From NCBI GenBank assembly GCA_002269645.1, contig NIVC01000337.1, positions 620,001 through 684,000 of the forward strand: a stretch of 64,000 nucleotides of DNA, given 5' to 3'. The stretch comes from Macrostomum lignano. Lineage: Eukaryota. A program made the translations under genes and the position numbers. Position 1 is the first letter of the stretch. Each line of letters opens with the position of its first letter. Shown piece after piece: positions 1 to 13,748 of the stretch. The notes below the pieces were generated by a model. The model searched no databases. It saw nothing but the letters and a program-made list of their open reading frames with translations, and was not told the origin of the DNA.

Positions 1-156
1 TCCTTATTGAGCTGATGATGCAAATGACGCGAACTTCATCGCATCTGAGTTTGGGCCCACGTTTGACTCTGGCACTAAAATGTCCCCGGGTTCGAATCGC
101 AATGATTTGAGGCTCTGACCATGAAAGTTGGTCATGAGATTCCCTAGATTAGAAAG

Positions 157-364
157 TCGGTGCCGCTGTACACCCCGTGTGAGCGGATGAACTATGCTAG
201 CTGGGGATCGGTGCCGCTGTACACCCCGTGTGAGCGGATGAACTATGCTAGCTGGGGATCGGTGCCGCTGTACACCCCGTGTGAGCGGATGAACTATGCT
301 AGCTGGGGATCGGTGCCGCTGTACACCCCGTGTGAGCAGATGAACTATGCTAGCTGGGGATCGG
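157..364. repeat. 51-bp minisatellite, 4 copies
   Basis: Unit TCGGTGCCGCTGTACACCCCGTGTGAGCGGATGAACTATGCTAGCTGGGGA starts at 157, 208, 259 and 310. Confidence 0.95.
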
Positions 365-525
365 CTGTCGCATCCCATCCCCACTCTTCCTCTCCCTCCC
401 ATACTCAATACTCCGCATTTCACTTTCGTCTGCTCAAGAGACATTCCATCTCCGGTTCTGCACAGCAAATGTCAAAAGCGCAGCAGCCCATTGTCAGGTG
501 GCAAAGCAAACAGAGATTCGCTTTC

Positions 526-2111
526 CTAGTGGGGCCACTTAGCAGCGGCAGCTGATGCAGACAATTCCATGCAGCCATGCACTTTACGAGTCCAGCCTTT
601 CTGATCCAGCCGCCACGAGTCACAATGGCGGAGCTGGGAAATCAATAAGAGCACCGTGCCATTGCTGCTGCTATTGCAATTTTTCTGGCATTGCGAAAGC
701 TTTTTCATTGATTGCCTGCAGGAATGCGCCGGGGAAGGCTGGGGTTCTGACTCAGCTGGATTGTTGCCAGGGGGGGGGAAGAAGACAAAAAAGTAATGAA
801 AGCAGAATGATGCGTGCGCAGATTGCTTGCAAATTTTGCTTGAATTTTTTTGTATTCGGGAGTCCAGAAACATCCGCGAGCGTCGCGCAAAAATTTAATA
901 TAATAATAACAATGGTATTTGATGCAGCAAGCAAACAGACCGCCAGTCTGCCTGCTCCAGTGCCTGGCATTTGCATTGTCTGACTCTATGGGGAAGTTCG
1001 CAGGCTATGCTCTGTGTCTATTTACACGGGCAGGCGCCGGTCGGTCACCGGAGCCGCTGCAGGCTGCGCAGGAACCGCCTGAGCCGCGGCCTGCTGTTGC
1101 CGAACAGCTGCCGCAGCGACTGCAGGCTGCGCCGGTTCTCCAGCAGGGCCCGCTGGCTCACCGTCACCGAGTGCCGGCTCTCCGCGTCCGTCAGCTGATA
1201 GGCCGTCACGTGGATGCCCTGCGCCAGGAACCGCCGCTCCTCCGGGCTCAGCGACTTCAAAGGTGACGACAGAGCGGCAGTGCCGGAGACGGTCGGCGAC
1301 AGCAGCATCGATAGCAGCAGAAGTGGCAGCAGCTGGAGGCTCAGGCTTGAAGGACACGAGGGCAACCGCTGCGGCATCGCATGGCCGCTGAGCTGAGGCT
1401 GAACAGCTGGCGGCCTCCGCCTCTGCTGCTGTTGCTGCTGCTCGAGTATTGCTGCTGGCGAGTTTTCTTTGCTGCTTTTGCTGCTTCTGCTGTTGCTGCT
1501 GCCGGGGCTGAGTCGCATAGCGGTGGGGAGGCGGGGGCTGAGCTGGCAGAGCTTCATATGAACTGGTGAAGCCCGAGCTCTAAGCGGGTCCTCCATTAGC
1601 CAGCCACAGCCAGCCAATGGGAGCGCAGCTGGCAGGCAGCACTGCACGACCCCGTTGGATTCCTCTGCGCTGATGAAAACCCATTAAAACAGTTTGACAC
1701 GAGCACAGGCCAGAGATTAAGGCTTGCTCAACAATGTTCACCTGCTGGGTTCTTTGACTCTTGCTTCGGCAGTTTACTCGGGACCTGGCTCACTCTGGCC
1801 TGCGACTGCCCTGACGGAGCCGCTTGGCTCAGTAGGGAAGCACAGGGACTGGGGGTACGGGGTTCGATTGCATTTTCCGGCCAGCTGAGCACTCGCATAT
1901 CGTAAATTGATTCTCGATGCGACTTGAGTCCTCCTGACGTCCTCCCCCTCCCAGCGGCCGACACCCCTTGGGGGCCCGCCGAGGTCCTCCCTCCGGCAGA
2001 TCGACCGGAAAAATGGACGGATGACGGAGCAGCGAAAGCGGGACAGAGAGGGGAGGAGGAGGTGGCAATCGAGTTTGCTGGGCGGAACGCTGGCCCGGCC
2101 GCTATCCTCAT
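526..2111 (-). CDS. Putative spliced gene of unknown function (exons about 2111-1742, 1562-1049, 715-526)
   Basis: Three GC-rich minus-strand ORFs join in frame: CAG|GTGAAC to CCAG|TT (phase 1) and CG|GTGACC to TGCAG|G (phase 2). The product has a poly-Q/Ser-rich part and a hydrophobic stretch. No family recognised and the 5' end is uncertain. Confidence 0.4.
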
Positions 2112-2339
2112 TAACCTCACTTATCTCCTTGACCGCCTCCCCAACACACAAGGAGGCTGCAGATAAGAGTCGGCCCCACGCTCAGCTTCACTGCTCTCTC
2201 TTGACCCGATGGCTGACTTTCCATTTTTTCTCTGCTATTTATTATGACCGTTTGGCCTCTGTCTGGGTATCCCGCCACCAGTGCCTGCACCTGATGGCCC
2301 CCGCCTATAGTCTTCTGCGGCATTTGCTTGAAGAACTTT

Positions 2340-5300
2340 TAACCCACGGCCTCTTTGTTCTACCCACTCTGTTCTACCCACTCTGTTCTACCCTCTCTGT
2401 CCTACCCACTCTGTCCTACCCTCTCTGTCCTACCCTCTCTGTTCTACCCTCTCCGTTCTACCCTCTCTGTTCTACCCTCTCTGTCCTACCCTCTCTGTTG
2501 TACCCTCTCCGTTCTACCCTCTCTGTTCTACCCTCTCTGTCCTACCCTCTTTGTTCTACCCACTCTGTTCTACCCACTCTGTCCTACCCTCTCTGTCCTA
2601 CCCTCTCTGTCCTACCCTCTCTGTCCTACCCTCTCCGTTCTACCCTCTCTGTTCTACCCTCTCTGTCCTACCCTCTCCGTTCTACCCTCTCTGTTCTACC
2701 CTCTCTGTCCTACCCTCTTTGTTCTACCCCTCTCTGTCCTACCCTCTCTGTTTTACCCTCTCTGTCCTACCCTCTCTGTCCTACCCTCTCTGTTGTACCC
2801 TCTCCGTTGTACCCTCTCTGTTGTACCCTCTTTGTCCTACCCTCTCTGTTCTACCCCCTCTCTGTCCTACCCTCTCTGTTGTACCCTCTCTGTCCTACCC
2901 TCTCTGTTCTACCCCCCTCTCTGTCCTACCCTCTCTGTTGTACCCTCTCTGTCCTACCCTCTCTGTTCTACCCCCCTCTCTGTTCTACCCTCTCTGTCCT
3001 ACCCTCTCTGTTGTACCCTCTCCGTCCTACCCTCTCTGTTCTACCCCCCTCTCTGTCCTACCCTCTCTGTCCTACCCTCTCTGTCCTACCCTCTCTGTTG
3101 TACCCTCTCCGTCCTACCCTCTCTGTTGTATCCTCTCTGTCCTACCCTCTCTGTTCTACCCTCTCCGTCCTACCCTCTCTGTTCTACCCCCCTCTCTGTC
3201 CTACCCTCTCTGTCCTACCCCCTCTCTGTCCTACCCTCTCTGTCCTACCCTCTCTGTCCTACCCTCTCTGTTGTACCCTCTCCGTCCTACCCTCTCTGTT
3301 CTACCCCCCTCTCTGTCCTACCCTCTCTGTTCTACCCCCCTCTCTGTCCTACCCTCTCTGTCCTACCCTCTCTGTTCTACCCTCTCTGTCCTACCCTCTC
3401 TGTTCTACCCCCTCTCTGTCCTACCCTCTCTGTCCTACCCTCTCTGTTCTACCCTCTCTGTCCTACCCACTCTGTCCTACCCTCTCTGTCCTACCCTCTC
3501 TGTTCTACCCTCTCCGTTCTACCCTCTCTGTTCTACCCTCTCTGTCCTACCCTCTCTGTTGTACCCTCTCCGTTCTACCCTCTCTGTTCTACCCTCTCTG
3601 TCCTACCCTCTTTGTTCTACCCACTCTGTTCTACCCACTCTGTCCTACCCTCTCTGTCCTACCCTCTCTGTCCTACCCTCTCTGTCCTACCCTCTCTGTC
3701 CTACCCTCTCCGTTCTACCCTCTCTGTTCTACCCTCTCTGTCCTACCCTCTCCGTTCTACCCTCTCTGTTCTACCCTCTCTGTCCTACCCTCTTTGTTCT
3801 ACCCCTCTCTGTCCTACCCTCGCTGTTTTAACCTCTCTGTCCTACCCTCTCTGTCCTACCCTCTCTGTTGTACCCTCTCCGTTGTACCCTCTCTGTTGTA
3901 CCCTCTTTGTCCTACCCTCTCTGTTCTACCCCCTCTCTGTCCTACCCTCTCTGTTGTACCCTCTCTGTCCTACCCTCTCTGTTCTACCCCCCTCTCTGTC
4001 CTACCCTCTTTGTTCTACCCTCTCTGTCCTACCCTCTCTGTTGTACCCTCTCCGTCCTACCCTCTCTGTTGTATCCTCTCTGTCCTACCCTCTCTGTTGT
4101 ACCCTCTCCGTCCTACCCTCTCTGTTCTACCCCCCTCTCTGTCCTACCCTCTCTGTCCTACCCCCCTCTCTGTCCTACCCTCTCTGTCCTACCCTCTCTG
4201 TCCTACCCTCTTTGTTGTACCCTCTCCGTCCTACCCTCTCTGTTCTACCCTCTCTGTTCTACCCTCTCTGTCCTACCCTCTCTGTTGTACCCTCTCCGTT
4301 CTACCCTCTCTGTTCTACCCTCTCTGTCCTACCCTCTTTGTTCTACCCACTCTGTTCTACCCACTCTGTCCTACCCTCTCTGTCCTACCCTCTCTGTCCT
4401 ACCCTCTCTGTCCTACCCTCTCCGTTCTACCCTCTCTGTTCTACCCTCTCTGTCCTACCCTCTCCGTTCTACCCTCTCTGTTCTACCCTCTCTGTCCTAC
4501 CCTCTTTGTTCTACCCCTCTCTGTCCTACCCTCTCTGTTTTACCCTCTCTGTCCTACCCTCTCTGTCCTACCCTCTCTGTTGTACCCTCTCCGTTGTACC
4601 CTCTCTGTTGTACCCTCTTTGTCCTACCCTCTCTGTTCTACCCCCTCTCTGTCCTACCCTCTCTGTTGTACCCTCTCTGTCCTACCCTCTCTGTTCTACC
4701 CCCTCTCTGTCCTACCCTCTCTGTTGTACCCTCTCTGTCCTACCCTCTCTGTTCTACCCCCTCTCTGTTCTACCCTCTCTGTCCTACCCTCTCTGTTGTA
4801 CCCTCTCCGTCCTACCCTCTCTGTTCTACCCCCCTCTCTGTCCTACCCTCTCTGTCCTACCCTCTCTGTCCTACCCTCTCTGTTGTACCCTCTCCGTCCT
4901 ACCCTCTCTGTTGTATCCTCTCTGTCCTACCCTCTCTGTTCTACCCTCTCCGTCCTACCCTCTCTGTTCTACCCCCCTCTCTGTCCTACCCTCTCTGTCC
5001 TACCCCCTCTCTGTCCTACCCTCTCTGTCCTACCCTCTCTGTCCTACCCTCTCTGTTGTACCCTCTCCGTCCTACCCTCTCTGTTCTACCCCCCTCTCTG
5101 TCCTACCCTCTCTGTTCTACCCCCCTCTCTGTCCTACCCTCTCTGTCCTACCCTCTCTGTTCTACCCTCTCTGTCCTACCCTCTCTGTTCTACCCCCTCT
5201 CTGTCCTACCCTCTCTGTCCTACCCTCTCTGTTCTACCCTCTCTGTCCTACCCACTCTGTCCTACCCTCTCTGTCCTACCCTCTCTGTTCTACCCTCTCC

Positions 5301-8300
5301 GTTCTACCCTCTCTGTTCTACCCTCTCTGTCCTACCCTCTCTGTTGTACCCTCTCCGTTCTACCCTCTCTGTTCTACCCTCTCTGTCCTACCCTCTTTGT
5401 TCTACCCACTCTGTTCTACCCACTCTGTCCTACCCTCTCTGTCCTACCCTCTCTGTCCTACCCTCTCTGTCCTACCCTCTCTGTCCTACCCTCTCCGTTC
5501 TACCCTCTCTGTTCTACCCTCTCTGTCCTACCCTCTCCGTTCTACCCTCTCTGTTCTACCCTCTCTGTCCTACCCTCTTTGTTCTACCCCTCTCTGTCCT
5601 ACCCTCTCTGTTTTAACCTCTCTGTCCTACCCTCTCTGTCCTACCCTCTCTGTTGTACCCTCTCCGTTGTACCCTCTCTGTTGTACCCTCTTTGTCCTAC
5701 CCTCTCTGTTCTACCCCCTCTCTGTCCTACCCTCTCTGTTGTACCCTCTCTGTCCTACCCTCTCTGTTCTACCCCCTCTCTGTCCTACCCTCTTTGTTCT
5801 ACCCTCTCTGTCCTACCCTCTCTGTTGTACCCTCTCCGTCCTACCCTCTCTGTTGTATCCTCTCTGTCCTACCCTCTCTGTTGTACCCTCTCCGTCCTAC
5901 CCTCTCTGTTCTACCCCCTCTCTGTCCTACCCTCTCTGTCCTACCCCCCTCTCTGTCCTACCCTCTCTGTCCTACCCTCTCTGTCCTACCCTCTCTGTTG
6001 TACCCTCTCCGTCCTACCCTCTCTGTTCTACCCCCTCTCTGTCCTACCCTCTCTGTTCTACCCCCCTCTCTGTCCTACCCTCTCTGTCCTACCCTCTCTG
6101 TTCTACCCTCTCTGTCCTACCCTCTCTGTTCTACCCACTCTCTGTCCTACCCTCTCTGTCCTACCCCCCTCTCTGTCCTACCCTCTCTGTCCTACCCTCT
6201 CTGTTCTACCCCCCTCTCTGTCCTACCCTCTCTGTTCTACCCCCCTCTCTGTCCTACCCTCTCTGTCCTACCCTCTCTGTTCTACCCTCTCTGTCCTACC
6301 CTCTCTGTTCTACTCCCTCTCTGTCCTACCCTCTCTGTCCTACCCTCTCTGTTCTACCCTCTCTGTCCTACCCTCTCTGTTCTACCCACTCTCTGTCCTA
6401 CCCTCTCTGTCCTACCCCCCTCTCTGTCCTACCCTCTCTGTCCTACCCTCTCTGTTCTACCCCCCTCTCTGTCCTACCCTCTCTGTTCTACCCCCCCTCT
6501 CTGTCCTACCCTCTCTGTCCTACCCTCTCTGTTTTACCCTCTCTGTCCTACCCTCTCTGTCCTACCCTCTCTGTTGTACCCTCTCCGTTGTACCCTCTCT
6601 GTTGTACCCTCTTTGTCCTACCCTCTCTGTTCTACCCCCTCTCTGTCCTACCCTCTCTGTTGTACCCTCTCTGTCCTACCCTCTCTGTTCTACCCCCTCT
6701 CTGTCCTACCCTCTCTGTTGTACCCTCTCTGTCCTACCCTCTCTGTTCTACCCCCCTCTCTGTTCTACCCTCTCTGTCCTACCCTCTCTGTTGTACCCTC
6801 TCCGTCCTACCCTCTCTGTTCTACCCCCCTCTCTGTCCTACCCTCTCTGTCCTACCCTCTCTGTCCTACCCTCTCTGTTGTACCCTCTCCGTCCTACCCT
6901 CTCTGTTGTATCCTCTCTGTCCTACCCTCTCTGTTCTACCCTCTCCGTCCTACCCTCTCTGTTCTACCCCCCTCTCTGTCCTACCCTCTCTGTCCTACCC
7001 CCCTCTCTGTCCTACCCTCTCTGTCCTACCCTCTCTGTCCTACCCTCTCTGTTGTACCCTCTCCGTCCTACCCTCTCTGTTCTACCCCCCTCTCTGTCCT
7101 ACCCTCTCTGTTCTACCCTCTCTGTCCTACCCTCTCTGTCCTACCCTCTCTGTTCTACCCTCTCTGTCCTACCCTCTCTGTTCTACCCCCTCTCTGTCCT
7201 ACCCTCTCTGTCCTACCCTCTCTGTTCTACCCTCTCTGTCCTACCCACTCTGTCCTACCCTCTCTGTCCTACCCTCTCTGTTCTACCCTCTCCGTTCTAC
7301 CCTCTCTGTTCTACCCTCTCTGTCCTACCCTCTCTGTTGTACCCTCTCCGTTCTACCCTCTCTGTTCTACCCTCTCTGTCCTACCCTCTTTGTTCTACCC
7401 ACTCTGTTCTACCCACTCTGTCCTACCCTCTCTGTCCTACCCTCTCTGTCCTACCCTCTCTGTCCTACCCTCTCTGTCCTACCCTCTCCGTTCTACCCTC
7501 TCTGTTCTACCCTCTCTGTCCTACCCTCTCCGTTCTACCCTCTCTGTTCTACCCTCTCTGTCCTACCCTCTTTGTTCTACCCCTCTCTGTCCTACCCTCT
7601 CTGTTTTAACCTCTCTGTCCTACCCTCTCTGTCCTACCCTCTCTGTTGTACCCTCTCCGTTGTACCCTCTCTGTTGTACCCTCTTTGTCCTACCCTCTCT
7701 GTTCTACCCCTCTCTGTCCTACCCTCTCTGTTGTACCCTCTCTGTCCTACCCTCTCTGTTCTACCCCCCTCTCTGTCCTACCCTCTTTGTTCTACCCTCT
7801 CTGTCCTACCCTCTCTGTTGTACCCTCTCCGTCCTACCCTCTCTGTTGTATCCTCTCTGTCCTACCCTCTCTGTTGTACCCTCTCCGTCCTACCCTCTCT
7901 GTTCTACCCCCCTCTCTGTCCTACCCTCTCTGTCCTACCCCCCTCTCTGTCCTACCCTCTCTGTCCTACCCTCTCTGTCCTACCCTCTCTGTTGTACCCT
8001 CTCCGTCCTACCCTCTCTGTTCTACCCCCCTCTCTGTCCTACCCTCTCTGTTCTACCCCCCTCTCTGTCCTACCCTCTCTGTCCTACCCTCTCTGTTCTA
8101 CCCTCTCTGTCCTACCCTCTCTGTTCTACCCACTCTCTGTCCTACCCTCTCTGTCCTACCCCCCTCTCTGTCCTACCCTCTCTGTCCTACCCTCTCTGTT
8201 CTACCCCCCTCTCTGTCCTACCCTCTCTGTTCTACCCTCTCTGTCCTACCCTCTCTGTCCTACCCTCTCTGTTCTACCCTCTCTGTCCTACCCTCTCTGT

Positions 8301-8590
8301 TCTACTCCCTCTCTGTCCTACCCTCTCTGTCCTACCCTCTCTGTTCTACCCTCTCTGTCCTACCCTCTCTGTTCTACCCACTCTCTGTCCTACCCTCTCT
8401 GTCCTACCCCCCTCTCTGTCCTACCCTCTCTGTCCTACCCTCTCTGTTCTACCCTCTCTATCCTACCCTCTCTGTTCTACCCCCCCTCTCTGTCCTACCC
8501 TCTCTGTCCTACCCTCTCTGTTGTATCCTCTCCGTCCTACCCTCTCTGTTGTACCCTCTCCGTCCTACCCTCTCTGTTGTACCCTCTGCT
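2340..8590. repeat. 6.2-kb pyrimidine-rich 14-bp minisatellite (TACCCTCTCTGTCC/TTC/TTG) with higher-order structure
   Basis: Direct inspection. Rare variant markers recur at spacings of 1785 and 1993 bp. Confidence 0.97.
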
Positions 8591-9178
8591 CTACCTCCAA
8601 TCTTTTCAACCCACTGTACCAAGTCTTTCTGCAAAATATTTTCAATTGTCTCCCTCGGTGCTATCAATAAAAAGTCATTATCTCAGGGAACTGAAAGCCC
8701 TTACTATCGCCCGATGGCTTGATTAAATGCATGGCAATATTTCATCAGAAAATCAGCTCTGCAGCATCAGCGTTCACTTCAAAACGATCTCAGTCAAAGC
8801 TTAGTCAATTCGTGTACACACTGCGCCCAAACGCTTGAAAACAGCATTAAAATCGCGTCCGTTCTGTGCAACGATAAAAGCGCCATAAAGTTGTCAAATT
8901 TTATTGGCCTCCGAAATTGCAAGCAGAGGAATTTGAGTCCCGGCTCCAAAGAGCTGCCTGATCCTGAGCTGCCTCATCTCTGGCCCCCTAATTAATTATT
9001 CACGTTGCTAGGCAGAAACAGATTCCGGATATGTGACTGAGGCAAAGATTCCTGCGCTGAGCTTCGGGCTTCCGATCAGGGATTCAGATAATCCCTCTTC
9101 CTGCAGCCCGCTCGGGATCCAAGCTGCCTACTCGACCTGCTCAGGAAAGTTCGGATTCACCATGATTTTTATTCACAC

Positions 9179-10218
<1,040 letters not shown>

Positions 10219-10943
10219 GGAAACAGGCATATACCTATGCGCACACATGATGTACTGATGTAATTAGGACTGCCTGCACAGGCATGCGCACAGCAATAAA
10301 CAGTCGCACATCTCTAAACCCACGCGCAGATGTTCAACAACCGCGCTATCTGATTTTCAGAGAATCTGCGGTCCAGCCTGATTTAAGCTCGGAGCCGAAG
10401 CAGATGGTGAAAAGATTTACAAGCTGGGGTAAATCTTGAAAGTCTAAGGGACAGGACCTTAATCCTGTCAGGACCCTAGTCCTGTCAGCAGCGCTGTCTG
10501 CCACTACACGATCCCAGCAGCTGCGTATGGCGAACTTGAAAACATTTCTGTCTCAGTAGCCGCGGTTTCTCAATGGCCAGAAGCTGCGTTTGATTCGAAA
10601 GCAAAATGAGAATTGCTGTCAGCTGGACTGCTTTTAGCTCGGAACCAGGGTCAGCCGTGTTGCTAGGTCGCCTCCCGAAGAGGAGCTAATGGACAGGGCT
10701 TGTTAGCGCTGGGCAGACTCTACTTACGGGTAAAAAACTAACATGGGTGCTAAAAGCACTGATTTTGCATAGCTCAGAGCTGAGAGACATAGACAGAGGG
10801 AGACTGCTGACAGGGAGAGGGAGATGATGTGGATTCAGTGAAATTAGAGAAAAAAATGCTTTGACATTGTTAAAGATCATTAGTAAAGTGATATAATTAA
10901 GTACACGGGAACCCATTATGGACAGGTAAACGCGAGAGTGAAA

Positions 10944-11120
10944 AGGGGAGATAAGCGGAGAGGGGGAGATAGGGGAGAGGGGGAGATAGGGGAGAGGGGG
11001 GAGATAGGGGAGAGGGGGAGATAGGGGAGAGGGGGGAGATAGGGGAGAGTGGGGAGATAGGGGAGAGGGGGAGATAGGGGAGAGGGGGAGATAGGGGAGA
11101 GGGGGAGATAGGGGAGAGGG
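10944..11120. repeat. G-rich 17-bp minisatellite (GGGGGAGATAGGGGAGA)
   Basis: About 10 tandem copies with G4-G6 runs. Confidence 0.9.
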
Positions 11121-12720
11121 AGAGTGGGACTAGGAGAGAAGCATTGGCTAGAAGATAGAAGAAGAATCAGAGACAGGCAGATTTGAGTCTGAGAAGGGTC
11201 CCCCAGCGTGTGTCCTTGGGGTTGGCAACTTGGACCCCCGCTGCTCAGTAAGTTGAATAAATTATTGCCACGCCGGAACTTCCGGCTGCTAATTAACACC
11301 GCGCCAAATTAGTTCGGTAAGAAAAACTTGTCGTGACGCAACGAGCCTCTAACCAGATAGATAGAAAGGAACTGCGACCCGATTGGATTCGTGTGACTCA
11401 GGAGATTAGCAAGTGAGCTCGAAGCTGCTGATTAAAAGCGCGCAGTTAGAAAAAGCCTCCAAACTGCAGAACGGCGGCTTCCTCCCTGCCTGCAGGCCCG
11501 GGGAGTTTCCTGCCGCTGCTCTGGCTGAGTAATCGCGCGAATCACGGGAGCCCATAGAGCCGGTCAATCTCCAATCGATGGGCCAGAGAGAGGCGAGAGG
11601 GTCGGGTGGAATGAGTCCGCTGCTCTGTGAATGACTGCACGCAGGTAAGACATGGCCTTACGGACAGTCTGGCGAGCGCCAGTTACGTCATTTCAGCCCA
11701 ACTGGAGAGGGACAGGACCGAGAGAAGGGTTTTTAGCAAGGCGTCCAGGTGGAAGGAATCTGATTAATCTGGGGCGCTGAGGCGGGTGGCTCATGTTAGC
11801 AGCTGTAGGGCCGCCCCCTCCATTACCGGAAGCCCCGTTCCACTGCCGACTGGTGCGACCGTCTGTCAGCTCACTGACCTGAGGGGTGGGGCAGGCAGCT
11901 CCAATGGTTGAATGCTGAAGTCCACACCTCACAGACTGAACTGCCGCCCGCTGAGGCATTGTCCCCACCGACCCTAATTCCCCTTTGTTCCCCTGTGCCC
12001 TCAGCTCCACCTACCCAGGAGCGGCACCCCGCATCAGCGGCCTGGTGCTTCTGAGGCAGGGCGGTGGGTAGCAAGTGCGGCAGCTGCGGCTTTGGCCGGA
12101 AAAGAATTGTAGCTCAGTGCATCTGCTGCAGCTCCTGCCTCTGCCTCCATCGCATGAAAGTCTGATGCGACTCTGTCAATCTGCCTGGCTGCTGCTGCTG
12201 CTCAAGTGACAGTAAACATAGTTGCCTCAAAAACTTGACCCTTTATCGATTAGGCAGCTGAGTCCCCGACCGACTGCTGAAAATGCACATATTTTTTCTA
12301 TCTCGCTAGTCAGTAAAAATGAAACTTTTTTTATCAGCACGATAAGCAAAACAGACCAGCGGCAGTGAGCAGCTCCCTATAGTTATGCCGCTATTCATTA
12401 TCCCGTTGGGAAACGGTTGAAGCAACTCTGTCCCTGTACAGCACCGTCTGAAGTGCCGACAGAAGAGACGCAAATTGTTTGGCCTCTCTAATCAAGCCTG
12501 TATGGAAGCCGCGGCATCAGAAACTTCAGTCGATGAGAAGCTCCCCGCAATCGGTAATTGAGTTTGCAGCCTGGCCCGCTCGGCACCTCTTCGGCAAGCA
12601 GCCGGCAATCGAGGGTCACCCGAGGAGCTTCGCGTCGCCACTTCCTGGAGGTCAATTTAGACTTCTCGAGTCCCGACCGCGATTTCTGTGAATTCAATTC
12701 GACGTGTGTCGCCGAATTAG

Positions 12721-13180
12721 CAATCTACAGGGTCTCTCTGGGTCTCCGAATCGGCAATCTACAGGGTCTCTCTGGGTCTCCGAATCGGCAATCTACAGGG
12801 TCTCTCTGGGTCTCCGAATCGGCAATCTACCGAGTCTCTCTGGGTCTCCGAATCGGCAATCTACAGGGTCTCTCTGGGTCTCCGAATCGGCAATCTACCG
12901 AGTCTCTCTGGGTCTCCGAATCGACAATCTATGGAGCCTCTCTGGGTCTCCGAATCGACAATCTATGGAGCCTCTCTGGGTCTCCGAATCAGCAAACTAC
13001 GGGGTCTCTCTGGGTCTCCGAATCGACAATCTACAGGGTCTCTCTGGGTCTCCGAATCGGCAATCTACGGGTCTCTCTGGGTCTCCGAATCGACAATCTA
13101 CAGGGTCTCTCTGGGTCTCCGAATCGACAATCTACGGGGTCTCTCTGGGTCTCCGAATCGGCAATCTACGGAGTCTCTCT
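12721..13180. repeat. 34-bp minisatellite (CAATCTACAGGGTCTCTCTGGGTCTCCGAATCGG)
   Basis: About 13 tandem copies. Confidence 0.93.
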
Positions 13181-13690
13181 GGATTATGCTCCAGAGACTA
13201 AAGAAAAGGCTTGAGCCGCCTTGGCGATTTCCCGCAAAGCAAAGTCTACGGTACAGACTCGCTCTCGGCGATGCAAACACCGGATTTATTTTAAGAATCC
13301 TGTGGGGCTTGCATGTCCGGCGCATACCTGCCCGCCCCGCCCGACCTGGCTGGATGAGTGAGCGACAAAGCTCTTGCCGTCCATCAGTCTAAAAGCTGCC
13401 CATGCTGTGGACTCAAGCGGCCCCATGACTGCCAATGCTGGAGTGATTTCCATCAGCGCTCCCCACTCAGTCACTTTCTAACACTCCCGCAGCGGGCAAA
13501 CAGCTCGAACCTGTGTTGAGGGCCGGCCCTGTAGCACTAGAATCGATTGGCAGGGAAAGGCAAGCAGAGCTGAGAGAGGAATGGGGAGAATCTTGATGGC
13601 TGAAGAAGCGGCGACCGACAAAATTGAGCCACAGCGTCATCTGTCTTACTTTTCTGTTGCCTCCACGCGTTGTTTTTCTTGTTCGTCTGT

Positions 13691-13748
13691 TTTTTTCGTT
13701 GGCTGGGTCGTTTAGTTTATAAACTAAACGACCCAGCCAACGAAAAAA
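13691..13748. repeat. Perfect 58-bp palindrome with no spacer
   Basis: TTTTTTCGTTGGCTGGGTCGTTTAGTTTA|TAAACTAAACGACCCAGCCAACGAAAAAA. All 29 pairs checked base by base. Confidence 0.95.

Noticed and set aside
4-143. Minus-strand tail GNLMTNFHGQSLKSLRFEPGDILV resembling a ubiquitin-like or SAP18 C-terminus
   Set aside because: Similarity is too short and could not be linked in phase to other exons.
1045-1377. NPY/NPF-like neuropeptide precursor (NSRPRL-RR)
   Set aside because: No amidation Gly or RPRF-GKR motif, and splice phases suggest an internal exon of a larger gene.
2021-8726. Very long ORFs (up to 2123 aa, LSYPLCPTLSVLPS repeats)
   Set aside because: The pyrimidine-rich 14-bp unit rarely forms stops and is open in all three frames, so these are repeat artefacts.
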